From: Tubiluchus corallicola
Lineage: Eukaryota > Animalia > Priapulida
Length of the DNA: 64,000 nt
NCBI GenBank assembly: GCA_030141605.1
Contig: JAQGDQ010000411.1
Location: forward strand, 142,832 to 206,831
Direction: 5' to 3'
Shown: positions 36,378 through 48,074 of the stretch, piece after piece
How positions within the stretch are numbered: position 1 is the first letter of the stretch
Layout of the letters: the number at the start of each line of letters is the position of its first letter
The notes under the pieces: generated by a model
What the model was told of the DNA's origin: nothing
Seen by the model: only the letters and a program-made list of their open reading frames with translations
Database searches by the model: none
Made by a program: the position numbers and the translations under genes

Positions 36378-39300
36378 TCTTATCTCATATCTACTTAGTT
36401 TAGATATTATAATTGGCGACGAGAATGAAATTGAATAAGCTAGATGCCTATCTACATGAAGAACTAGAGCTTGTCGTGGAATTAGTCTGGATGTCTAAAA
36501 CCACATTTTCACCGGGCAGTTTTGGGTACAAAGATTGACCTTTTCGCCAGTAAATTTTCACCGCGAATCACACACGCTGAACAGTGCAGTTGCCTTTGAC
36601 GTGACATTGATGTTGCACATTGTCAAGCTTATTGTTTGTACTGTACATGTCATAGCCAAGCCAGTTGCTGTACTTGTGCAGGCGGTCACAATTTTTTTCT
36701 CGATGATCAGAGTAATACGTTTTTAAAAGAATTTGACGCCTTTTTCCTTGTTTTGACATAGAAGGTGATCAGTGCTCGCTAGGACCACGATGGGAAAAAT
36801 ACATGCAAAGGTTTGAGAATTATTTAACGGCAAAGGACATTACAGATGACAACAGGAAGAAAGCGCTGTTACTTCATTTCGCGAGTGAAGCAGTACACGG
36901 CGTTTTTCAGGCTCTAGTGAACCCGAATGAAGTTGTGACGTTCTCAACTGCAAAAGAAAAACTCAAGACACATTTTGATCCGGTAAGTAACACTGATGTG
37001 GAAATTTTTCATTTTAGAAACATGAAACAAAGCTCTGGTGAAACATTAGACAATTTTGCTAGGCATTTAAGAATGATGGCTAAACAAACAACATTGTGGT
37101 TTCACTGATACGGACAAAGAAATAAAAGCGCAAATTGTGCAACGCTGTACATCTAGCAGAGTACGTCGTACAGCGCTTCGTGAGCCGAATATAACTCTGA
37201 AAGACATTTAGACTACGGCAGAGCTTTGGAATCGTCAGAAAAACAAGCTAAGGACATGGAAACGTGAATGTGAGTACAGTTAAAACTCACACTAAACAGA
37301 AAAAGTTTTCAGCGTACAAACGTAAGTGTAAATGCTAAACAGCACCGTGGCAAGAGACAATGCAGAAACTGTGGTGGTGGATTCCCACATGATAATGGAC
37401 GCGAATTGTGCCCAGCTGCAGGCAAAACATGTTATAAGTGTAACCGCAAAAATAACTTTACCAGATACTGTCGTTCTGCACGAAGTTACAAAATTAATTC
37501 TCGAAATAAAGTGCACTCAGTTGATGATTCTACTGCGTCATATAGTTGTCAGACAGCAGGTGACAATAAAACGTGTTTTATCGCCTGATAGCGAGGATGA
37601 CTGCGTATATACATTTCAGAAATATGACAAGAAACCTATGACCGACATTTTTGTAAATGGCAACAGAGTTAAAGTCATGATTGACACGGGTTCAGGCCTA
37701 AACATTCTTGATGAATCGGCCTATACTAGCCTAAAGCCTTGTCCATACTTGAGCAAAACCAGTAAACCAGCACATGGCTATAAATCTATGTCGAGCATAA
37801 ACTTTAAAGGAAAATTCAGTGCCAGTGTTGAATCAAAACATAAACGTGGATACGCTGAGTTTTATGTTGCAAAAGGCAATTTTGGTTCCCTGCTAAGAAC
37901 TGGGTTTAGTGCAAATTCTCAATGCCGTGACAGCACAGTCTAGATTACTAGACACGGGAAGTGTTTCAATTGATCTTTCAAAATCAAAGACCAATGTGGA
38001 GAAAATTCTTGAGAAATATGCTGACAGGTTTCAAGGCATGGGAAAGCTGAAAGGTTTTATAGCAACATTACACGTTGATCCAACAGTAAAGCCAGTTGCT
38101 GTACCACACAGACGCGACCCGTGTCATTTACGTAAAAAGATAGCGAAAGAATTACAGCATCTTGAAGATGAAGACAATCATAGAAAAAGTAGAAGGGCCA
38201 ACCCCATCGGTTTCACCGATGATCGCAGTTCCTAAGAAAAAGAAGTCAGACCCTGTTCGTATTTGCGTTGACATGAGGTTGCCAAATAAAGCTATGCAAC
38301 GAGAACGACATATCACTCCAACTATTGATGAAATAGTACATGCTGTGAATGGTGCCGCGGTCTACTCTGAAATAGATATGACTTCAGGTTACAATCAGAT
38401 AGAGCTAGCTGAAGAAAGTCGATATTTGACAACATTTTCAACACACAAAGGTTTACGACGTTTCAAAAGACTGAATTTTGGAACAAACTCATCGGCAGAA
38501 ATATTCCAAGAAGCCATACGTGAAGTGCTAGCTGGTATTCCTGGTGTTTTAAATGTGAGCGATGACAGGTGTATATATATATATATATGGAAAACACAAG
38601 AAGAACATGACACTCCTTTACGAGCTGTTCTTCAGCGCTTACGAGAAAAGAACTCACACTAAACGATAAGTGTGAATTTAGCAAACCAAGCATTCAGTTC
38701 TTTGCGTACGCGTTTTCAAAGGATGGAGTGTCCCCAGATTCGAAGAAAGTGGAAGCTGTCCATGATGCATCTCCACCAAGTAATGTAAGTGAAGCGGGAA
38801 GTCTATTAGGCTTGGCAAATTATTGTGTGCATTTCATCCCTGGTTTTGCGACTATCACAAAGCCTCTCCGTGATCTTACCAAGAAAGATGCTGAATTGTC
38901 TTGGAAAACCGAGCATCAACAAGCGCTCAATACACTCACGCAAAGGCTTACTAGTGATAGTGTCATGTCATATTTTGATCATCAGGAGAACACAGAAATC
39001 TTTGTTAATGCCAGCCCAGTAGGTTTAGCTGCCGTACTTACTCAAAGATCTCAAGATGACCCTAACACCATAGATGTTGTTGCATATGCTAGCGGAGCCC
39101 TCACCAACACAGAAACTCTGTACTCTCAAATAGAAAAGGAAGGCCTTGCCATTGTATGCGCCTGTGAACATTTTCACATCTACATATAAGGAAGCAAATT
39201 CCGTTTAATTACAGACCACAAAGCCCTTGAATACATCCTCAATAACCCAAGATCAAGACCTCCTGCTAGAATAGAAAGGTGGGCTCTTTGGCTTCAGCCT

Positions 39301-41220
39301 TATGACTTTGAAGTTGTACACAAACCTGGAAAGTACAATCCTGCTGACTACATGAGTCGTCATTCATCTAAAGAGCCTTCTAAGAAATCAGACTTTCGTG
39401 CAAGTAGAATTGCAGAGCAGTATGTGAACTTTATTGCCCAACGTGCTGTTCCTAAAGCCATGACTTTGACAGAAATCCAAGAATCATCCAAGATGGACAC
39501 AACTTTGACAGCTGTGATGAGTGCTGTTGTTAGCGGAACATGGCACAACATACCACTGAATGTTTGTATGTCTGATTTCAAGTCTTTCGAGAAAGTCAAA
39601 GATGAGCTTACTATCTCGACTGATGGAACATTCGTCTTAAGAGGCTCTAGAATAATCAACCCAAAAACTCTTGAGGAAAGAGCTGTTTCTTTAGCACATG
39701 GTCATTTTTGAGTGACCAAGACCAAACAACTGTTGAGAGAGAAAATTTGGTTTCCTGGTATAGACAGAATGGTTGCTGAGATGATTGAACACTGTGCTGC
39801 CTGTCAATCTAATACAAACTCATCTCATCCTGAACCACTACAGATGTCAGAATTACCAACTAACGTTTGGTCAAAAGTTAGTGCTGATTTTCATGGTCCT
39901 TTACCATCCGGTGATATCTTTTAGTTATCATCGATGAATATAGCCGTTTTCCAATTGTAGAAATTGTGAAATCTACATCTGCAAACACCATTATTCCTGT
40001 GATGGACAAAGTATTCTTTTTGTTTGGTTTTCCAGATGTTCTGAAGACACATGAGACAACAGACACCATTTCAAAGTGAGCAGTTTAAGAATTTTGCTAA
40101 GCATTCTGGATTCATACATCGAAAAATCATGCCCTATTGGCCCAAAGCCAATGCTGAAGCTGAGAGATTCAGGAAGGAATATAGGAAAACTACTCAGACG
40201 TGCACACATTGAGAACTTGGTTTCGAATCAAGAACTATTTACTTTTCTGAGAAACTATCAAGCTGCTCCTCATTGCACAACAGGAGTTCCTCCTGCCAAA
40301 TTATTTTTCAGCAGAGACATCAAGATTAAATTTCCCAGTATTTCCTCTACTCATCAACAGAACCCTGATGTCACTATAAAGGACCAAATCTCTAAACAGA
40401 AAACGAAACTTTATGCTCATAAGAGAAACCACGCTCAACCGTCAAAATTGCAAGTAGGATACAAAGTTCTTGTAAAACAGCGAAAGCACAACCAGTTAAC
40501 ATCACCGTACTACAACAAGCCATATGTAGTTGTAAAGGTAAAGGGATCCATGGTTACTGCTACTCAAAATGGCCACACTATCACAAGAAATTCTTCATTC
40601 TTTAAGCCTACCAAACTACATACGCACATTCCTAATCAGACTTCTGAAGAAGAAGATGATGATGATGAGTATTTTGACAACAAGTTTAATCCACCTGACA
40701 ACCGCAGACGCTACCTTCAACGAAATCGATTTGCACCAGCATATTTGCAGGACTTTATTCCTTGAAATTTTAATTTGTACACTGTATTGATTACCTACTA
40801 AATTTACAGTATCTGTATTTAGAATTACTTACAGTTAGTTAAGTTTAGAATGCATTGTCCTGTTTGAACAATGCCAGCATTGACCAGATGTTAAGTATCG
40901 CATTGAGATTATTTTTAATTTTTAGTGTTTTAGAAGATGAGAACATTAAGTTGAAAACACAGTGCATTTATATTAGTTTAAACTATTTTGCATATTTGTA
41001 TGCTAAGCTGTCTATGGTGAGCATTAAAGAAAACATAAATTCCTTTTCATAGTCTTAAAGTTAGAAATGGCAGTTGTAAGTTCAAGTAAATGCTTGTTTG
41101 AAGATTGAAGCAGTTAAGATTGTTTGCAAATTCCTTATGAAGCATTGTGCATTTTGAATCTGGGTAAGCAACATAGTGTTCTGAATCTTATCTCATATCT
41201 ACTTAGTTTAGATATTATAA
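36378..41220 (+). mobile_element. Decayed Ty3/Gypsy LTR retrotransposon (Mag-like): gag-PR-RT-RH-IN, 5' LTR truncated
   Basis: PBS TGGCGACGAG at 36414; gag WEKYMQRFENYL; Cys knuckles; protease IDTGS; RT RICVDMR..NK, GYNQIEL, SDD; RNase H YSQIEKEGLA; integrase H-H-C-C, DFHGP, IDEYSRF; shared LTR end at 36378-36412 and 41186-41220; many frameshifts and stops. Confidence 0.96.
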
Positions 41221-41914
41221 AATCTAGATACTGTTGTATCAGTGGCAGAAAGGACAAGTAAAGAGAGTTCCTAAATAAAAGTTTGAATTCGTCTTGAAAT
41301 TTTGTATCAGTTACATGCTGTTTTACTCTTTTACATTCAAAACGTGTGAACGTAAATGAAACACATTCATTTACATGTTCAAAAACGTTCAATTAACGTT
41401 CAAAAAAGTAATCAGAGCAGTCGTATGGCACACTTCCTCAACTAAGCATATCCATAAAATATTTTGTCTTATCAGCAAAATTAATAATACGTTTTTGGTG
41501 AGCCAGTTGTAGTACACAGTTTCACTATTCCACCAGGATAGTGAAACAGTGACGTTTCACCAGTTGGCGTGAACATTTTAAATTAATAATTTTCTTTTTC
41601 AGTCACATTTTGTCTTTTTAACAGGTGAACATAATGCGAAGTACTATAACTCTGAATATACTTTTGTCATGGAGCATCAGGGAACGTCTTTTGCATCTCT
41701 GGTATCACTGTTTCCATCAGATCTACTGCTCCGATCGCATCATATCAGTAACAATATTTACAATGTATAGATTAGGCCAGTTCGTGTTAGAAATACTGTT
41801 TATGGGATTTGGTGACGTATACGTCCCATTTAATGGCTGAAAAATACCATGAGAGGTGGGAAAAAAAATCTGTCAGTGGTTCAATTAATGTGCATAGGTT
41901 ATATATTAATAGCG

Positions 41915-42250
41915 TGAAAGCTTATCGAATTTTAATAAAACCTATCACTGTCAGATTCAGCTTTCGAACTATATTTCAACAGCATTAAGTTCGTTAAAAC
42001 TCAATCAAACCAACCAAAAATAAAGTTGATTTTTTGTTCGTCTTATTTCACAGGATTTACCAGGAGGGCAAATTTACCTACAATGGTTACTATAGCAACC
42101 GGAAGCACAATAACGCAAAAGTTGGGAGTGATGCTCGAACTCTGATTGGTCCTGAGCAACAGCCGAGGGTTCTATGACGTCACCCTACGCGACATTCAAT
42201 TAGTTTTCATGCGACAAGCAAAAGGAAAACTGCATTTGTTATTTAGAGTG
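41915..42250 (+). promoter_or_regulatory. Putative promoter of unknown gene family, copy 2
   Basis: Same motif order as copy 1 with a perfect TGACGTCA at 42175. Confidence 0.55.
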
Positions 42251-42265
42251 ATAAAAAAAATCAGA

Positions 42266-42390
42266 ATGTTACCGAGAATAAATATTGTTCCACCAGATTT
42301 TTATAAACCACCAAAATATAAATACAGTATGCCCCCAGTCTATGGAGGGGGGGGCGAACTTTGTACAGATCGAACCAGCTTATTGAAAGA
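42266..42390 (+). CDS. Unknown gene family copy 2, first exon MLPRINIVPPDFYKPPKYKYSMPPVYGGGGELCTDRTSLLK
   Basis: ATG to GTAAGT donor, open frame, homologous to copies 1 and 3. Confidence 0.55.
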
Positions 42391-43634
42391 GTAAGTATGC
42401 TTACTAGCCATAATTAACAAGATATTAACAAGTGTTCACAGTTAATAATCTGTTTTGCTGTAGAATTAAAGTACAATTTGTATTTTAGTGTTAAGCATGT
42501 TAGACTCATATTGCTGAAGCTTAGCAAATATACCAGTTTGCAATGTGCTGCTGTCAATACTTGTTTGTTCCCCATGTGCATTACAGCGAGCTGAGACGGA
42601 AAAAATGTACGTAATTAATCATATAAACCACATAAAAGCAATACTAGATTAGAAAATCTGAAAAAGTCTTTTGCACCTCCACCGGGCTATCCGGGCAATT
42701 CTTATAACCACTACACCTCAGAGGTTGCACCATTATTCTGCCGTGCAAAAATAGAGTACTTATAGTTACTAGTTTTAGACAATTTTCTCAGTCAAAAAAC
42801 CACAAAAAATGCGGAACAACACGTGCTAGAAAACGACTCTTGGCACCGTAAGTGCTGCAGTGACAAATAACTGTGAACTCTGTGTAAAAACAATGGTAAC
42901 ACATGTACACCACTTACAGTTACTTGCTTTAGACAATTTTCTCAGTCAAAAAACCACAAAAACTGCGGAACAACACTTGCTAGACAACGACTCTTGGCAG
43001 AAAAACTCCGCAACTTCATGACCTTAAGTTTGGCTGTTTACAAGTTGGTCTGGTACACAAAGTATTAAAGTATGCCGACTTATTGGTTTTAAATTTAGCG
43101 TAGCGCCAAGACAAAAATTAGCTTTATCATATCAGGTGGCTGAAAAACTGAATGTGCCGACGATACGAAAATAACGAAATCGCTTCAAAATTACCATACT
43201 TGGAAACTTTGTGTATTAAGGCCAAAAATCTTACGGCATTTCCTTAAATTTTCCCACAGAATTTTTAAGAGTCACAAAAGTAAATGCTGGAAAAATTCAT
43301 ATGTCAATATCCTGTGTCCAAAATACCTAGTGCCCAAATAACCTATGTGTCAAAAATGTTTGTGTTGAAACTGCTTGTGTCCGAAACCCCTGTAACCGTA
43401 AAAACGCATTTCTGAGCAACGTAAGATGAATATAACTATATTGTCCGAAATTGTAGTTACAAGCAAAAGTTTCAAGTTCATACATTTGAAGAGCAAAAAC
43501 AGCAAAGTATCCAAATACGATAGACTTGGAAAAACTATTACGTACATTGAATAAGTTGAACATCCATACCCGTTTAACTGTTTCATGTTGTTACGGAGGT
43601 GCCATTTGCTTCAATAATAATATTATTTCATTAG

Positions 43635-43778
43635 CAGCACCAACAGAGTAAGCAAGAACGTTACGAAGCTGGAACCCATCGAAGAAAAAAGGAAACTCAG
43701 CTCCCTATCTCGATCATGGGAGCACACGCTGAGGAAGGGGACCCTGCCACTCATTCAACTTCGTGACAGGAGGCCCTG
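43635..43778 (+). CDS. Unknown gene family copy 2, candidate downstream exon (STNRVSKNVTKLEPIEEKRKLSSLSRSWEHTLRKGTLPLIQLRDRRP)
   Basis: TTTCATTAG acceptor, GC-richer 144-bp block, open in frame with exon 1 as written; weak GTATTA donor. Confidence 0.45.
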
Positions 43779-45502
43779 GTATTAAAACTTACACTATTGC
43801 TTAATGTGCTTTCTGTATAAATATTTCTCAGTCAAAGATAAACATCAGATAATTATCTAATATACAAAAATGACATGTGTAAAAGTTAAAAGCAAAAGAA
43901 TGTTGCTGCTGTGAATTACAAGCTGTAAATGTTACTGAGGCCAGAAAATTAAACTGAAATAAATCGAGCTTTTGCTTGTCAAACTCTCACATATTTGTAT
44001 TACAATTTTAAATAATTATGGGTTCTAGCACAATAAAAATCTGATGTCGACAACAGTTAGTAACTCTTGCACGGTACTTACAATTAATGAGTAACAATTT
44101 CGCCAAAAATTGCTTTGCAGTTTCTTTAAGTCAAATCGGATCCGAATCCTAGTTCGTCTGATATATTATTTCAAACGTACTAGAAGCCCACGTCTTTTAC
44201 GGCTGTATGCAATAACAAGAATTTTGAGGTGCTGATAAACAAAAGCCGATGTAAAATAAATTTAAATATCTACTATATTTACTGGCCACTACTCAACAAT
44301 TGCATTTTACAGGTATAAGCCAATACAAATATTTTTTCGTTTCTGTTCAACAATGGTAAACTTAGTAGCTAAGTGGACGCTAAAAACTGTGATGAATTTG
44401 AGATTTGAACTTCAGACCTTGGGACTAAAACTCGCAAATCAGGCCACATTTTCATCTTCATTTTTTCTATTTTAGGCACTGAATAATTTGTGCTGGAGCT
44501 GCGGGCCACTACAACTATCGCCCGCCCTCCAGCTCTCCAAGTCTGAATTCATTGCAAAGCTGCTGGATGCTGTCGCATTCTCAACCAGGATTTTAACGAA
44601 CCCCCAGGTTCGATCTCTATTTTGTTTTTTTAATTTATTGTCTATAACATTCACTTTGTTGATCGATTTACATTCATGCGGCAGAAAGGACAAGAAAAGA
44701 GAGTCATAAATAAAAGTTTGAATTCGTCTTGAAATTTTGTATCAGTTACATGCTGTTTTACTGTTTTACATTCAAAACGTGTAAACATAAATGAAACACG
44801 TTCAAAAACGTTCAATTAACGTTCAAAAAAGTAATCAGAGCAGTCGTAGGGCACACTTCTTCAACTAAGCATATCCATAAAATATTTTGTCTTATCAACA
44901 AAATTAATAATATGTTTTTGGTGAGCCCATTGTAGTACACAGTTTCACTATTCCACCAGGATAGTGAAACAGTGACGTTTCACCAGTTGGCGCGAACATT
45001 TTAAATTAATAATTTTCTTTTTCAGTCACATTTTGTCTTTTTAACAGGTGAACATAATGCGAAGTACTATAACTCTGAATGGAAAGTTTTTCGGGACGTA
45101 CTTTAAATTTCCCTTTTCTTCCCTTTTGATTATTCAGAGGTCTTTTCGTGCTAGAAAGTCAATGTAAAACCCGTTGTCTAAGTGGACTACTGATTTTAAA
45201 CATGTTTTTCACGTTTTGTGCTGTGTGTTGTGTAAGCGCTGCTAACTTTTATTGTACTATATTTGTAATCTTATTATTGTTTTATATTATTCAATGTCAC
45301 GACACTGTACTTTTGTATTGCACCTTGATATAAGTAAATACATAATTAAATATATAAATAATTTACGTTAATGCGAGCTCTCGGGGTTCTTATTGGTCCT
45401 CTGTGCCTGGCAGGTTTCTATGACCTAATGTCGCATAACTACGTCATTATTTAGGTTAAACGCGAAGCAGCTGATAAACCGTTTTCTCTACAAATCTTGA
45501 AA

Positions 45503-45815
45503 ATGATGGTGAGAATTACGCATAGAGACACCTGCAGTGTATATACAACCCGCTACAAGTACGGATCTTAAAACCAATCCGCGTTTCTCACTGAAGGAAA
45601 TTACAGATGCCTTTATTTCTGCCAAAAATATTTATTATATTTCACACCTGATAGGATTCAAACTCAATGTTCACCCTATTTTGCAGTGTGACAATTGCCG
45701 CCGGCGTACTGGCCTATTGCCCAACTTCCCGCCCCTGCCAAGCCCAAGAGAACCGGTTCTGCCACCACTATACGGTGGCAGACCGTTTTATCATTCAAAC
45801 AGGGCATTTGACAAA
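45503..45815 (+). other. Unknown gene family copy 3, diverged and longer first exon (ends ...EPVLPPLYGGRPFYHSNRAFDK); frame unresolved
   Basis: ATG at the position equivalent to copies 1 and 2, same GTAAGT donor; ATG frame stops at 45569 while the LPPLYGG frame is +1. Confidence 0.45.
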
Positions 45816-47044
45816 GTAAGTATGCTTACTAGCCATAATTAACTAACTATCGTTTTGCAAGTGTTCACAGTTAATAATCTGTTTTGCATTAGAATTAAAG
45901 TACAATTTGTATTTTAGTGTTAAGCATGTTAGACTCATATTGCTGAAGCTTAGCAAATATACCAGTTTGCAATGTGCTGCCCTAAATACTTGTTTGTTCC
46001 CCATGTGCATTACAGCGAGCGGAAAAAATTTACGTAATTAATCATATAAGCCGCATAAAAGCAATACTAGATTAGAAAATCTGAAAAAGTCTTTTGCACC
46101 TCCATCGGGCTATCCGGGCAATTCTTATAACCACTACACCTCAGAGGCTGCACCATTATTCTGCCGTGCAAAAATAGAGTACTTACAGTTACTTGCTTTA
46201 GACAATTTTCTCAGTCAAAAAACCACAAGAAATGCGGAACAACATGTGCTAGAAAATGACTCTTGGCACCGTAAGTGCTGCAGTGACAAATAACTGTGAA
46301 CTCTGTGTAAAAGCAACGGTAACACATGTACACCACTTACAGTTACTAGCTTTAGACAATTTTCTCAGTCAAAAAACCACAAAAAATGCAGAACAACACG
46401 TGCTAGAAAATGACTCTTGGCAGAAAAACTCCGCAACTTCATGACCTTAAGTTTGGCTGTTTACAAGTTGGTCTGGTACACAAAGTATTAAAGTATGCCG
46501 ACTTATTGGTTTTAAATTTAGCGTAGCGCCAAGACAAAAATTAGCTTTATCATATCAGGTGGCTGAAAAACTGAATGTGCCGACGATACGAAAATAACGA
46601 AATCGCTTCAAAATTACCATACTTGGAAACTTTGTGTATTAAGGCCAAAAATCTTACGGCATTTCCTTAAATTTTCCCACAGAACTTTTAAGAGTCACAA
46701 AAGTAAATGCTGGAAGAAATCCTGTGTCCAAAATACCTAGTGGCCAAATAACCTATGTGTCAAAAATGTTTGTGTTGAAACTGCTTGTGTCCGAAACCCC
46801 TGTAACCGTAAAAATGCATTTCTGAGCAACGTAAAATGAATATAACTATATTGTCCGAAACTGTAGTTACAAGCAAAAGTTTCAAGTTCATACATTTGAA
46901 GAGCAAAAGCAGCAAAGTATTCAACTACGATAGACTTGGAAAAACAATTACGTACATTGAATAAGTTTAATATTCATACCTGTTTAACTGTTTCATGTTA
47001 TTGCGGAGGTGCCATTTGCTTCAATAATAATATTATTTCATTAG

Positions 47045-47188
47045 CAGCACCAACAGAGTGAGCAAGAACGTTACGAAGCTGGAACCCATCGAAGAAAAAA
47101 GGAAACTCAGCTCCCTATCTCCATCATGGGAGCACACGCTGAGGAAGGGGACCCTGCCACTCATTCAACTTCGTGACAGGAGGCCCTG
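47045..47188 (+). CDS. Unknown gene family copy 3, candidate downstream exon
   Basis: Paralog of 43635-43778 with two substitutions seen. Confidence 0.4.
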
Positions 47189-48074
47189 GTATTAAAACTT
47201 ACACTATTGCTTAATGTGCTTTCTGTATAAATATTTCTCAGTCAAAGATAAACATCAGATAATTATCTAATATACAAAAATGACATGTTGTGTAAAAGTT
47301 AAAAAAGTAATAGAATGTTGCTGCTGTGAATTACAAGCTGTAAATGTTACTGAGGCCAGAAAATTATATTAAACTGAAATAAATTGAGTTTTTGCTTGTC
47401 AAACTGTCACACATTTGTATTACAATTTTAAATAATTATGGGTTCTAGGACAATAAAAATCTGATGTCGACAACAGTTAGTAACTCTTGCACGGTACTTA
47501 CAATTAATGAGTAACATTTTCGCCAAAAATTGCTTTGCAGTTTCTTTAAGTCAAATCGGATGCAAATCCTAGTTCGTCTGATATATTATTTCAGACGTAC
47601 TAGAAGCCTACATCTTTTACGACTGTATGCAATAACAAGAATATTGAGGTGCTGATAAACAAAAGCCGATGTAAAATAAATTTAAATATCTACTATATTT
47701 ACTGGCCACTACTCAACAATTGCATTTTACAGGTATAAGCCAATACAAATATTTTTTCGTTTCTGTTCAACAATGGTAAACTTAGTAGCTAAGTGGACGC
47801 TAAAAACTGTGATGAATTTGAGATTTGAACTTCAGACCTTGGGACTAAAACTCGCAAATTAGGCCACACATTTTCATCTTCATTTTTTCTATTTTAGGCA
47901 CTGAATAATTTGTGCTGGGGCTGCGGGCCACTACAACCATCGCCCCCCCCCACCTCCAGCTCTCCCAGTCTGAATTCTTTGCAAAGCTGCTGGATGCTGT
48001 CGCATTCTCAACCAGGATTTTAACGAACCTCCAGGTTCGATCTCTATTTTGTTTTTTTAAATTTATAGTCTATA

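Noticed and set aside
36803-40765. Gypsy ORFs as host or domesticated genes
   Set aside because: Full gag-pol order with numerous frameshifts and stops and a (TA)n expansion in RT indicates neutral decay.
45667-45815. Signal-peptide-like MFTLFCSVTIAAGVLA in an alternative frame of copy 3
   Set aside because: Paralog similarity (PPLYGG) lies in a different frame and the ATG is not shared by other copies; not supportable without transcripts.
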